A stretch of 64,000 nucleotides of DNA from Octopus sinensis (taxonomy: Eukaryota). The notes beneath the pieces are model-generated. The model had not been told where the DNA came from and searched no databases. It worked only from the letters and a program-made list of their open reading frames with translations. The position numbers and the translations under genes were made by a program. The stretch covers positions 1-64,000 of the forward strand of contig NW_021832262.1 of assembly GCF_006345805.1 (NCBI RefSeq), read 5' to 3'. This document shows, in pieces, positions 38,683 through 50,462 of this stretch (within the stretch, counting starts at the first letter, position 1; each line of letters starts with the position of its first letter).

Positions 38683-38935
38683 AGAAAATGGAAGGGATCA
38701 AGAGGTAGTATTCATCAACTTTTAGACATTATATTATGTCTATTTATTTATTTAAAAAAAACCCAGTATAACAATATACATAAATGTATAACATATGCTT
38801 TACATATATAATATATAAAAATATAAAAATACCAGTAATTATTAAAATATATAACGTAGAACATAGGAAGTAGGCTATAGGAAGTAGAATTCTTCTTCCT
38901 ATGCTCTATGTTATATATTTTACATGCTGGCTAAA

Positions 38936-40120
38936 ATGCTTTCATCCTTTCGGGGTCGATAAATTAAGTACCAGTGATGCACTGGGTCGATATAATCGAC
39001 ATAATCTGTTTGTCTGTACTTGTTTGTCCCCTCTATGTTTAGCCCCTCGTGGGTAGTAAAGAAATAGGTATTTCGTCTGCCGCTACGTTCTGAGTTCAAA
39101 TTCCGTCGAGGTCAACTTTGCATTTCACCCTTTCGGGGTCGATAAATTAAGTACCAGTGACGCACTGGGGTCGATATAATCAACATAATCTGTTTGTCTG
39201 TACTTGTTTGTCCCCTCTATGTTTAGCCCCTCGTGGGTAGTAAAGAAATAGGTATTTCGTCTGCCGCTACGTTCTAAGTCCAAATTCCGTCGAGGTCACT
39301 TTGCATTTCACATTTCACTTTCGGGGTCGTAAATAAGTACCAGTGACGCACTGGGGTCGATATAATCGACATAATCTTTTGTCTGTACTTGTTTGTCCCC
39401 TCTATGTTTAGCCACTCGTGGTAGTAAAGAAATAGGTATTTCGTCTGCCGCTACGTTCTGAGTCCAATTCCGTCGATCTCAACTTTGCATTTCACCCTTT
39501 CAGGGTCGATAAATTAAGTACCAGTGACGCACTGGGGTCGATATAATCGACATAATCTGTTTGTCTGTACTTGTTTGTCCCCTCTATGTTTAGCCCCTCG
39601 TGGGTAGTAAAGAAATAGGTATTTCGTCTGCCGCTACGTTCTGAGTCCAAATTCCGTCGAGGTCAAATTTGCATTTTACCCTTTAGCGGTGGTCGATAAA
39701 TTAAGTTACAGTGACGCAGGGTCGATATAATCTGGGGTATGATAATTTCGGTACTGTTACTCTGTTTCTCTTGTTTGTCCCCTCTATGTTTAGCACTCGT
39801 GGTAGTAAAGAAATAGGTATTTCGTCTGCCGCTACGTTCTGAGTTCAAATTCCGCGAGGTCAACTTTGCATTCACCCTTTCAGGGTCAATAAATTAAGTA
39901 CCAGTGACGCACTGGGGTCGATATAATCGACATAATCTGTGTTGTCTGTACTTGTTTGTCACCCTCAATGTGGTAGCCACTCGTGGGTAGTAAAGAAATA
40001 GATTAGTCGTCTGCCGCTACGTTGTGAGTTCAAATTCCGTCGAGGTCAACTTTGCATTCACCTTTCGGGGTCAATAAATTAAGTACCAGTGATGCACTGC
40101 GTCGATGTAATCGACTTAAT
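38936..40120 (+). mobile_element. Tandem array of about 7 head-less Meta-type SINE units (~184 bp)
   Basis: Junctions near 39067, 39251, 39435, 39618, 39816 and 40001; private variants shared by the units. Confidence 0.92.
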
Positions 40121-40485
40121 TCGGGGTCAATAAAATATGTACCAGTTGAGAACTGGAGCTGATGTAATTGACTTATCTCCTCCCACGAAATTGCTGGCCT
40201 TGTGCCAAAATTTGAAACCAATATATAAGAATGTATGTACTATCATCATCATCATTCAATGCTTTCCCATTACGCTCTTCATGCTATGTTTCTACTCCAT
40301 CTCTTTACCTGTGAACAATACGTAGCTTCCATCAGCGTCTCTCTTCCATTACTTTCGCAGTCATCACCCACTTTCCCCTATTACTCTGTTTCTACCACCA
40401 TCCTCTCTCTCTCTTCTTTCATCCTCTCATCCTGTTTCTTCTGTCCTTGCTTTCTTTCTTTTATTCACCCTGTTGAACAAATTAG

Positions 40486-40566
40486 CTTTGTACAAGAAGA
40501 GACTTCTTGGTCTTGCAAAGGACAAGACAACTCCTCTAGTGATGATGCCATCACAAAATGAACCAA
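40486..40566 (+). CDS. Weak candidate 81-nt internal exon (phase 1-1; LYKKRLLGLAKDKTTPLVMMPSQNEP)
   Basis: Long pyrimidine tract upstream, AG at 40484-85, open frame, but a weak donor (CAA|GTATAT). No homologue recognised. Confidence 0.2.
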
Positions 40567-40829
40567 GTATATGTGTATGTGTGTGTTTGTGTTAATATGT
40601 CTATGTGTGTGTTTGTGTGAATATGTGTGTGTAAGAATCAGATGGAAGTTATATTAACTACTCGTTAAACTAATTTCATTAGATTATGAGGTTTTCTTTA
40701 ATCTCAACAAATCCTCTTCAGCTTCAGAGCAAATTCTTGTTTTGATCTGGAGTCTCTTCTGTTCTGTTTCTCGAATGTCACTCAGTATTATTCATACCCC
40801 TAAAGGCTCACAAAGTAGCAGGAGCTATA

Positions 40830-40892
40830 GTAGTAGTGGTGGTGGTGATGATGGTAGTAGTAATGGTACTGGTTGTGGTGGTGGTGGTATTA

Positions 40893-40962
<70 letters not shown>

Positions 40963-41223
40963 AAGTAGAAGTAGTAGTAGTAGTTTGTATTCAGGATAGT
41001 AGTGGGGTGAATGATAGTAACAGTAGAAGTGGTGTTTTTGAAAATAGTGTGGTGGTGGTGATGGTGGTGGTGGTGGTGGTTGTAATAGTAGTGGTAGCAG
41101 AACGGGTGTGCTAGTCGGGATGGTAGTTGTGGTGGTGGTGGTGGTGGTGGTGGTGGTGGTGGTGGTGGTGGTGGTGGTATAGTAACAGTAATAAGGATGA
41201 TGTTTAATCTGGTGGTGTGGTTG

Positions 41224-41287
<64 letters not shown>

Positions 41288-41473
41288 AGTTGTGGTGGTG
41301 GTGGTGGTGGCAGTATAGTAACAGTAGTAGTGGATGATGTTTAAACTGGTGGTGCGGGTGGTAGTAGTAGTAGTGGTGGTGGTGGTGGTGGTGGTGGTGG
41401 TGGTGGTGGTGGTGGTGGTGGTGGCGGTATAGTAACAGTAATAAGGATGATGTTTAATCTGGTGGTGTGGTTG

Positions 41474-41517
<44 letters not shown>

Positions 41518-41686
41518 GGTGGTGGCGGCGGCGGCGGCGGTGGTGGCCTCAATCAAAGCATTACTTTTCAGTTAGTTTGGCAAAGCGACTGATTTAAATG
41601 TCTAGCGTAGGTCATTGAATGTGAAGGTTCATAGCACAGCACCAGCAGCAGCAGCAGTGGTTGCAGCAGCAGCTGTAGTGGTAGTA

Positions 41687-41729
<43 letters not shown>

Positions 41730-41750
41730 TGTTGTTGTTGTTGTTGTTAT
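40830..41750. repeat. Mosaic (GGT)n/(AGT)n microsatellite with internal block duplications
   Basis: gtatagtaacagta(a/g)ta...gatgatgttt recurs three times. Confidence 0.9.
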
Positions 41751-42156
41751 TGTTATTTAGTTCCTGACACAATAGAGTTCTGCTGTTGGAAATGGAAGAA
41801 ATATGCCAGTGAGCTCCATAATTGGTAAAAACGTTTGACACTATTAACTCCAAGCGTGAATGTCAAGTGTAGTCTTTCTGTACACCATCACAGATTCATT
41901 AAAGACACAGCAATCAACCAACCCTGCTTGTTTTTCTATACGGGCCTAATCTCCTGTAATGAACCTTAAATTATTAGTGTTTATTAAAGCTACAACCATA
42001 AATCTCATCAACTGAGCAACTGTCGTCTTCTTGTGCCACATGAACAATCTCTAGGTTCTTAACCAATTCTCACTGCCATTTGTCTTTTATTCTTTGTTTT
42101 AAGGCCAGCATCTAGTCTAAGGATATTGCTATATTTCTCCTTGGTAAAGAAATATA

Positions 42157-42548
42157 TCTTTATATATAAAAGTAAGGTTGTGTGCTGTCTGTCTCCTACG
42201 ATTTAGATTCCTAACTACTCCCACATTTTGCGGTGCAGTTTAACCAAAACCGGGTATCTTATAGTCGTGATTCATATCGAGCCCTTCTGGGTATTAGTGC
42301 GCATCTACGATGAGTCTACGATTTTAAAAATAATTTACCATCATTTTTTCCATTTTAATGCATATTTTTTTAAAGGGAAGTAACTCTCTAAAAATGTCTA
42401 CGATGAGTCAACGATTTAAAAAAAAATTTACCATCATATTTTTTCCATTTTTAATGCATTTTTTTGCTATTTTTTGGCTATAACTCTCTAAAAATGCTTT
42501 ATAGTTATTTCCCTTACAAACCCGAGCAACGCCAGGCGATACTGCTAG
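42157..42548 (+). mobile_element. Non-autonomous Helitron
   Basis: 5' TC start (A|TCTTTATATATAAAAG), 3' GC-rich subterminal segment cccgagcaacgccaggcg then CTAG|T; inserted between A and T with no TSD. Confidence 0.8.
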
Positions 42549-42569
42549 TATCTTAATAAAAAAAAAAAA

Positions 42570-42986
42570 AGGTGGCAAGCTGGCAGACACGTTAGCACGC
42601 CGGGCGAAATGCTTAGTGGTATTTCGTCTGTCGTTACGTTGTGAGTTCAAATTCCGCCGAGGTCGACTTTGCCTTTCATCCTTTCGGGGTCGATAAATTA
42701 AGTACCAGTTACGCACTGGGGCGATATAATCAACTCAATCCCTTTGTCTGTCCTTGTTTGTCCCCTCTGTGTTTAGCCCCTCGTGGGTAATAAAGAAATA
42801 GGTATTTCGTCTGTCGTTACGTTCTGAGTTCAAATTCCGCCGAGGTCGACTTTGCCTATCATCCTTTCGGGGTCGATAAAAAAAGTACCAGTTACGCACT
42901 GGGGTCAATATAATCGACTCAATCCCTTTGTCTGTCCTTGTTTGTCCCCTCTATGTTTAGCCCCTTGAGGGCAGTAAAGAAATATA
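42570..42986 (+). mobile_element. Meta-type SINE dimer
   Basis: 183-bp period; junction aaataggtatttcg at 42801. Confidence 0.9.
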
Positions 42987-43149
42987 TATATTTCTCCTTG
43001 GTGCCATGAACACATTTTTTCCCCAACACAATCTTTGTGTATACAATCTATATGTGTCTGTTGTCATCATTTAATAGTCGAGGATATAAACTAAAAAGCA
43101 AATTGTGCTTTTTGAATGTAGTCACTTGAGGTATTTATTAACTCACGAA

Positions 43150-43410
43150 TCATCATCATCATCATCATTTAACGTCCACTTTCCCTGCTAGCATGGGTTG
43201 GACGATTTGACTGAGGACTGGCGAACCATATGGCTGCACCAGGCTCCAATCTGATCTGGCAGAGTTTCTACAGCTGGATGCCCTTCCTAACGCCAACCAC
43301 TCCGAGAGTGTAGTGGGTGCTTTTACGTGCCACTGGCACGAGGGCCAGTCAGGTGGTGCTGGCAACAGCCACACTCAAATGGTGTTTTTCACATGCCACC
43401 TGCACAGGGC

Positions 43411-43465
<55 letters not shown>

Positions 43466-44262
43466 GGAAAGTGTAACCTCTCGAAAGAGCTGTTCTTCAC
43501 TCCTGCTCTAGAGCGTCGGCTGCGGGGTTACTCCGAAAAGCTCTATCTGCGACGATTTCATCTCAATCGAAGGAGAGGGGCTTTCTCCGTCCCAGTTGCA
43601 GATCCGTGGAATAAGCTGCTGGACGAGATAGTGAAGATGCCGACAACCGCTCAGTTCAAAGTCTCCCTTGACCACAAGTGGCCTGAACTCTTTGCATGAA
43701 CACCACCCTGTACATAACTCCATGTCCCCCTACATGGCCTTGCTTTTTGCTTTTTGAGCCAAAAAATTAACTAACTAACACACACATACAAAGATACGCT
43801 AATATCAAACAGTAAGAATGAGTGCTCAACAGGGCACTAGTGGATAAATATTCCTTATTTATTAACTCATGAATCATCATCATCATCATTATTTAACGTC
43901 CACTTTCCATGCTAGCATGGGTTGGACGATTTGACTCCAGACTCCAATCTGATCTGGCAGAGTTTCTACAGCTAGATGCCCTTCCTAACGCCAACCACTC
44001 CGAGAGTGTAGTGGGTGCTTTTACGTGCCACCAGCACGAGGGCCAGTCAGGCGGTACAGGCCACGGCCTTGCTCAGATGGTGCTCTTTTATGTGCCACCA
44101 GCACAGGAGCCAGTCCAGCGGCACTGGTAACGACCTCGCTTCGAATGTTTTTCATGTGCCACCGGCACAGGTGCTAGTAAGGCAACGCAGGTAACGATCA
44201 TGCTCGAATGGTGTTTTTTAACGTGCCATCGGCATGGAGGTCAGCTTGTTGCTCTGGCAATA
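43150..44262 (-). mobile_element. Two RTE-tail SINEs (about 43150-43412 and 43872-44262)
   Basis: (ATC)n-tttaacgtccactttcc-tgctagcatgggttggac tail and repeated tggcacgtaaaa-type modules. Confidence 0.8.
43466..43779 (+). mobile_element. 3' end of a CR1-clade LINE inserted in (CA)n
   Basis: RGYSEKLYLRRFHLNRRRGAFSVPVADPWNKLLDEIVKMPTTAQFKVSLDHKWPELFA* fits the CR1 C-terminal motif; (TAAC)n tail. Confidence 0.85.
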
Positions 44263-44275
44263 CTTATACACAGAC

Positions 44276-44308
<33 letters not shown>

Positions 44309-44315
44309 CATATAT

Positions 44316-44404
<89 letters not shown>

Positions 44405-44447
44405 TATATATATATAATTAGGGCTTAGTAAAATAAATTACTTTGCC

Positions 44448-44505
<58 letters not shown>

Positions 44506-44608
44506 TGAGTGTGTGTGTGTATGAGGCAATTGTAATATTGTTATTTTTATCCATGATATATTGATTTTACATTTATCTCAGGAAAGTAGTTTTTTTTTTA
44601 ATTATATA

Positions 44609-44651
<43 letters not shown>

Positions 44652-44679
44652 TTATATAGTTTTTTTTTTCTCAGAAGAT

Positions 44680-45376
44680 TATTTTTGCTCAGGCTCTCGG
44701 GTTTCCTTCACAAACTGAAATTCAAGCTCAAGCAAGTTTTCTTGTTTTCTCATGTTCTGCTGGGCATAAAATCCTATCTTAACCAACTTGTCTTATATCG
44801 CAGATATCATATAATATCATCCCATGTTTTTTTTCCTCCCCAAATACCTCAACCATCTTCTTTGCTGTATTTGCATAACTGTGTTATTATGCCTTGAGAA
44901 ATGGTGTTGTAAGCAGATATGTTTTCTGTTTGAATGAATAAAATTTCTTGTATAGAACTTCTCAAATTCCTCCCAAGCTACTTCTCTCGGTCTTTTATGA
45001 AAATTTTCTATGGCGCTATATATCAAATATTGATTTTTCACTTGTCAAATAGTCAAACATTCTTACCAATTCTCTCAATTATGTACTACAGATTTTGTTA
45101 AAATAATTTTTTTTTTTTGAAGAATTATTTCACCAACACATAGCACTGACCTCACGTTGCTATATTCTGAAGATGGATTGATTTGGATTAGAATATTTTG
45201 ATCTACTGTTTTCATATCTGTCAAATCAGTCTTTACCTCTCAATAAATCTTGTAGTTGGGTTATTTCAAGAACAGAATTATTTTCATATAAAAATAAAAA
45301 AAGAGAGCCAAGAAATTGCTTCTGCATCAAATTCTTTGTTAATATTAGGAAGTTAAATTATGCAAGATCAACCTTA
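44680..45376 (-). pseudogene. Possible decayed coding fragment, unidentified
   Basis: Protein-like segments in shifting frames, broken by stops and frameshifts (YENNSVLEITQLQDLLRGK; ENFHKRPREVAWEEFEKFY; AKKMVEVFGEE; DRILCPAEHEKTRKLA). Confidence 0.3.
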
Positions 45377-45377
45377 C

Positions 45378-46046
45378 CAGTTGTGACCAGTCTTAGCAAC
45401 TGTGGCCAGTCTTAGCAACTGTGACCAGTCTTAGCAGTTGCGACCAGTATTTGCAGTTATGACCAGTCTTTGCAGTTATGACCAGTCTTTGCTGTTGTGA
45501 CCAGTTTTTTCAGTTGTGACCTGTCTTTTCTGTTGTGACAAGTCTTAGTAGTTGTGACCAGTCTTAATAGTTGTGACCAGTCATTGCAGTTATGACCAGT
45601 CTTTGCAGTTGTGACCAGTTTTTTCAGTTGTGACCTGTCTTTGCTGTTGTGAGTAGTCTTAGTAGTTGTGACCAGTCTTAACAGTTGTGACCAGGCTTTG
45701 CAGTTATGACCAGTCTTTGCTGTTGTGACCAGTTTTTTCAGTTGTGACCTGTCTTTTCTGTGTTGTGAGTAGTCTTAGTAGTTGTGACCAGTCTTAATAG
45801 TTGTGACCAGTCATTGCAGTTTTGACCAGTCTTTGCATTTGTGACCTGTTTTTTCAGTTGTGACCTGTCTTTGCTGTTGTGAGTAGTCTTAGTAGTTGTG
45901 ACCAGTCTTAACAGTTGTGACCAGGCTTGCAGTTATGCCCAGTTTTTTCAGTTCTAACCCGTCTTTGCTGTTGTGATTAATCTTTGCAGTTGTGACCAGG
46001 TTTTGCAGTTGTAACCAGTCTTAGTAGTTGTGACCAGTCTTAGTAT
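45378..46046. repeat. 19-bp minisatellite (GTTGTGACCAGTCTT...) with a 114-bp higher-order repeat
   Basis: Six-monomer blocks at 45551-45664, 45665-45780 and 45781-45894. Confidence 0.93.
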
Positions 46047-46394
46047 TTGCAAGCATCTCAGTGAAATATGACTTTGTCCTTCATTAAAATAAATTTTACT
46101 TAATCCGTTCATTAATAAATTACTGAGTGTTTGTTTTTTTTATCTTTTTGACGAAGAGGGAATGCAATTCCCACGACTCTTTACAGGGTCTCCAAGACTG
46201 TAAGGTAGAAGGGATCTTGAAACTGAAGACATGACCTGAATCCTTGCAACAGAGTGAACCCTGTTAAAGGGAACCATGGTGGTGTCAGGTGCTGTTAAAC
46301 CCGATGACAGATTAAAACCCAAGCCAGTTATGGCAGGATTTGAACCTGTTTATGCTTACATTGTAAAAAATATATTCCGCAGTAGACTAACATT

Positions 46395-47075
46395 AATTTA
46401 TTCCTAGTTTGGCTACGTCTGCAGGATGAGAACTCAAAAACTGCCACCCCAATTTTGTGGTGACAGCAACGTACGCACTGGAGAATCAGCACAGTGCTCC
46501 AAAGAAGACATACTCTCTCTCTCTCTTTTACTCTTTTACTTGTTTCAGTCATTTGACTGTGGCCATGCTGGAACACCGCCTTTAGTCGAATAAATCGACC
46601 CCAGGACTTATTCTTTGTAAGCCTAGTACTCATTCTATTGGCCTCTTTTGCTGAACCGCTAAGTTACGGGGATGTAAACACACTACCATCGGTTGTCAAA
46701 CAATGTTGGGGGGTCTAATACAGACACACAAACATGTACACACACACACACACACACATATATACATATGCATATATACGATGGGCTTCTTTCAGTTTCC
46801 GTCTACCAAATCCACTCACAAGGCTTTAGTCGGCCCGAGGCCATAGTAGAAGACATATGACCAAGGTGCCCCGCAGTGGGACTGAACCTGGAACCATGTG
46901 GTTGGTTAACAAGCTACTTACCACACAGCCACTCCTATGCCTACATGGGTAAAACAAACTGAAGAAGGCCTTAAGTTGCAGTGCCTTGACCTCAAGCATG
47001 CTAAGGCCAGCGCCTTGGATCAGAAAGAGTGGAATAACATCATCACCAGAGTCTATCATCCAGCATCACCCACCC
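46395..47075 (+). mobile_element. RTE-clade LINE C-terminal fragment split by a minus-strand CORE-SINE (46512-46942)
   Basis: FGYVCRM upstream; removing the SINE and one ACAT copy restores APKKTWVKQTEEGLKLQCLDLKHAKASALDQKEWNNII. Confidence 0.7.
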
Positions 47076-47379
47076 ACAGCAGTATATTGGTCGAGAGGAC
47101 AACCTCCTCCTCCAGTCACCAATTAAGGATTTTAATTTTTTACTTAGATCCCTCTCACCCTCGTTGTTGACTTCTCTCCATGTTACATCCAAGTGTTAAT
47201 AATCCTACATGTTAATAATCCTACATGTCAATGGGCCGCTAATATTTCATGGCTGGACCATAATACGACCAAGAGGGTAATTGGCATTGATGGATTTGTT
47301 CTTGTTGGTGGTGGTGGTGGTGGTGTTGATGGTGGTGAAGGTGAAGATGACTGGAGTAGAGAGAGTAGAAGGGGATGGG

Positions 47380-47603
47380 AGTTGCAGAAGTGGAATCGTC
47401 ATCATCATCATCACCATCACCATCATCAGTAATGGTAGTAGTAGTAATAGTAGTAGTCATTATGATGGCGATGACAGCAATGGTAATTGTGATAAAGGTC
47501 ACAGTAGTAGCAATGTTCATAGATGAAAGTAGTGGTAGTGGTGGTGGTGATAGTAGTAGTAGTAGTATAGTAGTAGTGACAAAAGTGGTGGTGGTGGTGG
47601 TGA

Positions 47604-47635
<32 letters not shown>

Positions 47636-47724
47636 ACAAAAGTGGTGGTGGTGGTGGTGGTGATAGTAGTAGTAGTAGTGACAAAAGTGGTGGTAGTGAT
47701 AGTAGTAGTAGTAGTATAGTAGTA

Positions 47725-47765
<41 letters not shown>

Positions 47766-47834
47766 ACAATAGTGGTGGTAGTGGTGGTAGTAGTAGTGAC
47801 AAAAGTGGTGGTGGTGATAGTAGTAGTAGTAGTG

Positions 47835-47876
<42 letters not shown>

Positions 47877-47939
47877 ACAATAGTAGTGGTGGTGGTGGTG
47901 GTGGTAGTAGTAGTGACAAAAGTGTTGGTGGTGATAGTA

Positions 47940-47996
<57 letters not shown>

Positions 47997-48037
47997 ACAA
48001 CATAGGTGGAGATGGTAATGGTGGTGGTGGTGGTGGT
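47380..48037. repeat. (GGT)/(AGT) mosaic with a recurring GTGACAAAAGT spacer
   Basis: Direct reading. Confidence 0.92.
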
Positions 48038-48436
48038 AAACCCCGCACGTGGAAGATTTTTAATCAAGAGAAACATGCTAAATATTTTTTTAATTTTTCA
48101 GTCAATATCTTGTTCAGCTTCTTCTGCCTCTCTAAACTCCACCCTTGTCCCCAAGGGAAGAGGGCCCTGCCCCACCTTGGCGACACTGCACCATATCTTG
48201 GCAGACTCACTTGATTCCCTTCTTCTTCTTCTTTTGTTGTGGCTTCTTGAGTAACAGGAGGACAGACAGACAGACAGTATTAACTCCCAGTCTTGGTGAC
48301 TTTCTCAAATTCTTGTGGTGCTGTTGTTAACAATACATACATACACACGTACATACATACATACATATGTGTACATATATATACGCAGACACACACACAC
48401 CACACACACACACATATATATATATATATACATACA

Positions 48437-48521
<85 letters not shown>

Positions 48522-48783
48522 CAAATATACACACACACATATTTATATATGTATGTACACGTTAACATATATACATATATACACAAATACATTTACACTC
48601 CTATTCATCTGTATGAAATGCATACACATGTTTGAGTGTATATTTTTATACATATACACACAGACGTAAAATTATACATGCATGTGTGTGAGTATGTGTG
48701 TGTGTATATATATGTGTGTGTGTGTGTGTATATATGTATGCCTGTGTATATGTATGTATATATACACACACACACACAACACA

Positions 48784-48814
<31 letters not shown>

Positions 48815-49246
48815 CATTGTATATATATATATATAGGCACAGGAGTGGCTGTGTGGTAAGTAGCTTGCTTACCAAACACATGGTTCCAGGTTCCGTCCCA
48901 CAGTGTGAGACCTTACAAGGCTTACAAAGAATAAGTCCTGGGGTCGATTTGCTCGACTAAAGGCGGTGCTCCAGCATGGCCACAGTTAAATGACTGAAAC
49001 AAGTAAAAGAGAAAAGAGTATATATATATATATATATAATTTCCAACAACACGGTTCTGGGTTCAGTCCTACAGCATGGAACATTGCGCTAGTGTCTGCA
49101 TCTTGCAGCTCACCTGCGATGGACCGGCATCCCATCCAGTTGGGGAACCTATATGCCAAGGAAACTGGGAAACCGGCCCTTATGGGCCAAATATGGCTTG
49201 AGAAGGAACAAACATGAATATATTGGTGTGTATGAACTTGTATCCA

Positions 49247-49728
49247 CATATTTCACTGAGACTGCTTGCAAATACTAAGACTGGTCACAACTACTAAGAC
49301 TGGTTACAACTGCAAAACCTGGTCACAACTGCAAAGATTAGTCACAACAGCAAAGACAGGTCACAACTGAAAAAACTGGTCATAACTGCAAAGCCTAGTC
49401 ACAACTGTTAAGACTGGTCACAACTACTAAGACTAGTCACAACAGCAAAGACAGGTCACAACTGAAAAAACTGGTCACAACTGCAAAGACTGGTCATAAC
49501 TGCAATGACTGGTCACAATTGTTAAGACTGGTCACAACTACTAAGACTGGTTACAACTGCAAAACCTGGTCACAACTGCAAAGATTAGTCACAACAGCAC
49601 TGCAACTTAAGGTCTTCTTCAGTTTGTTTTACCCATGTAGGCATAGGAGTGGCTGTGTGGTAAGTAGCTTGTTTACCAACCACATGGTTCCAGGTTCAGT
49701 CCCACTGCGGGGCACCTTGGTCATATGT
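49247..49728 (-). repeat. Inverted composite copy of about 45775-46070 and of 46853-46984
   Basis: Reverse-complement match includes unique flanks and the LINE/SINE junction. Confidence 0.85.
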
Positions 49729-49761
49729 AAATATGTGGAAGTGTGTGTCTGTGTGAACATG

Positions 49762-49793
<32 letters not shown>

Positions 49794-50154
49794 GTGTGAA
49801 CATGTCAATGTACGTATGAACATGGGTATGTGTTTGAACATGGAGGCACATGCAAACATGCATGTGTGCGTATGAACATGTGGAAGTGTGCACGTGTGTG
49901 TAAGCGAAGATATAGATGCATGTACGAACATGTAGACGCGTGAGAGGGAAGCATCACATGTGGGAACACTGGAACAGTGATGGATACGGGGATTCTTATT
50001 CTGATGCTGTCCAACTATCAGAAAAGCAAAGCATCAGCAGGGGTGTAGGGGTGGGGGGTGGGGGGGGGTGGGGGTGGAAGTGGGGGTGGAAGTGGGGGTA
50101 GAAAGCTTAAGGAAAAAAAAAATCTAAGAACAATAATAATTGTGAAAACTTTTA

Positions 50155-50280
50155 AAGTTATGTGGAATTGGTAATGTCTTTGATGGCACCGAAAATAATC
50201 TGAAGACCAGCACCCTTGATGATAAATTTACAGCTTTGATAAGGTTGATGGAATTTTCAGGCTTTGAGGATAATTAAAGT
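50155..50280 (+). mobile_element. Possible pogo/Tigger transposase C-terminal relic
   Basis: CGIGNVFDGTENN...EFSGF resembles the pogo-family CGISNALDGTEDD motif (from recall). Confidence 0.35.
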
Positions 50281-50462
50281 TTTTGTTAGAGAACACTAAT
50301 GTTTTTACCATTCTTTGTATTGTGTTTTGGTTCCTGATTAACCAAATTGGTTACATGTTCTCTCGTGGAATACTTTCTGCTAATACTAATTTCATTTTGC
50401 TGTCTTCTGTCTGGTTTTGCTGTTGTATTTTCGTGGATGCAATGATATTTTCGTGTACACAT

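Noticed and set aside
41761-41808. 48-nt candidate exon (PDTIEFCCWKWKKYA) with CCA|GTGAGC donor
   Set aside because: The acceptor comes from a (GTT)n microsatellite and no homology is recognised; too weak without RNA data.
48188-48260. Possible 35-nt minus-strand exon ending at a GTGAGT donor
   Set aside because: Mostly (GAA)n low complexity, with no supporting neighbouring exon on that strand.
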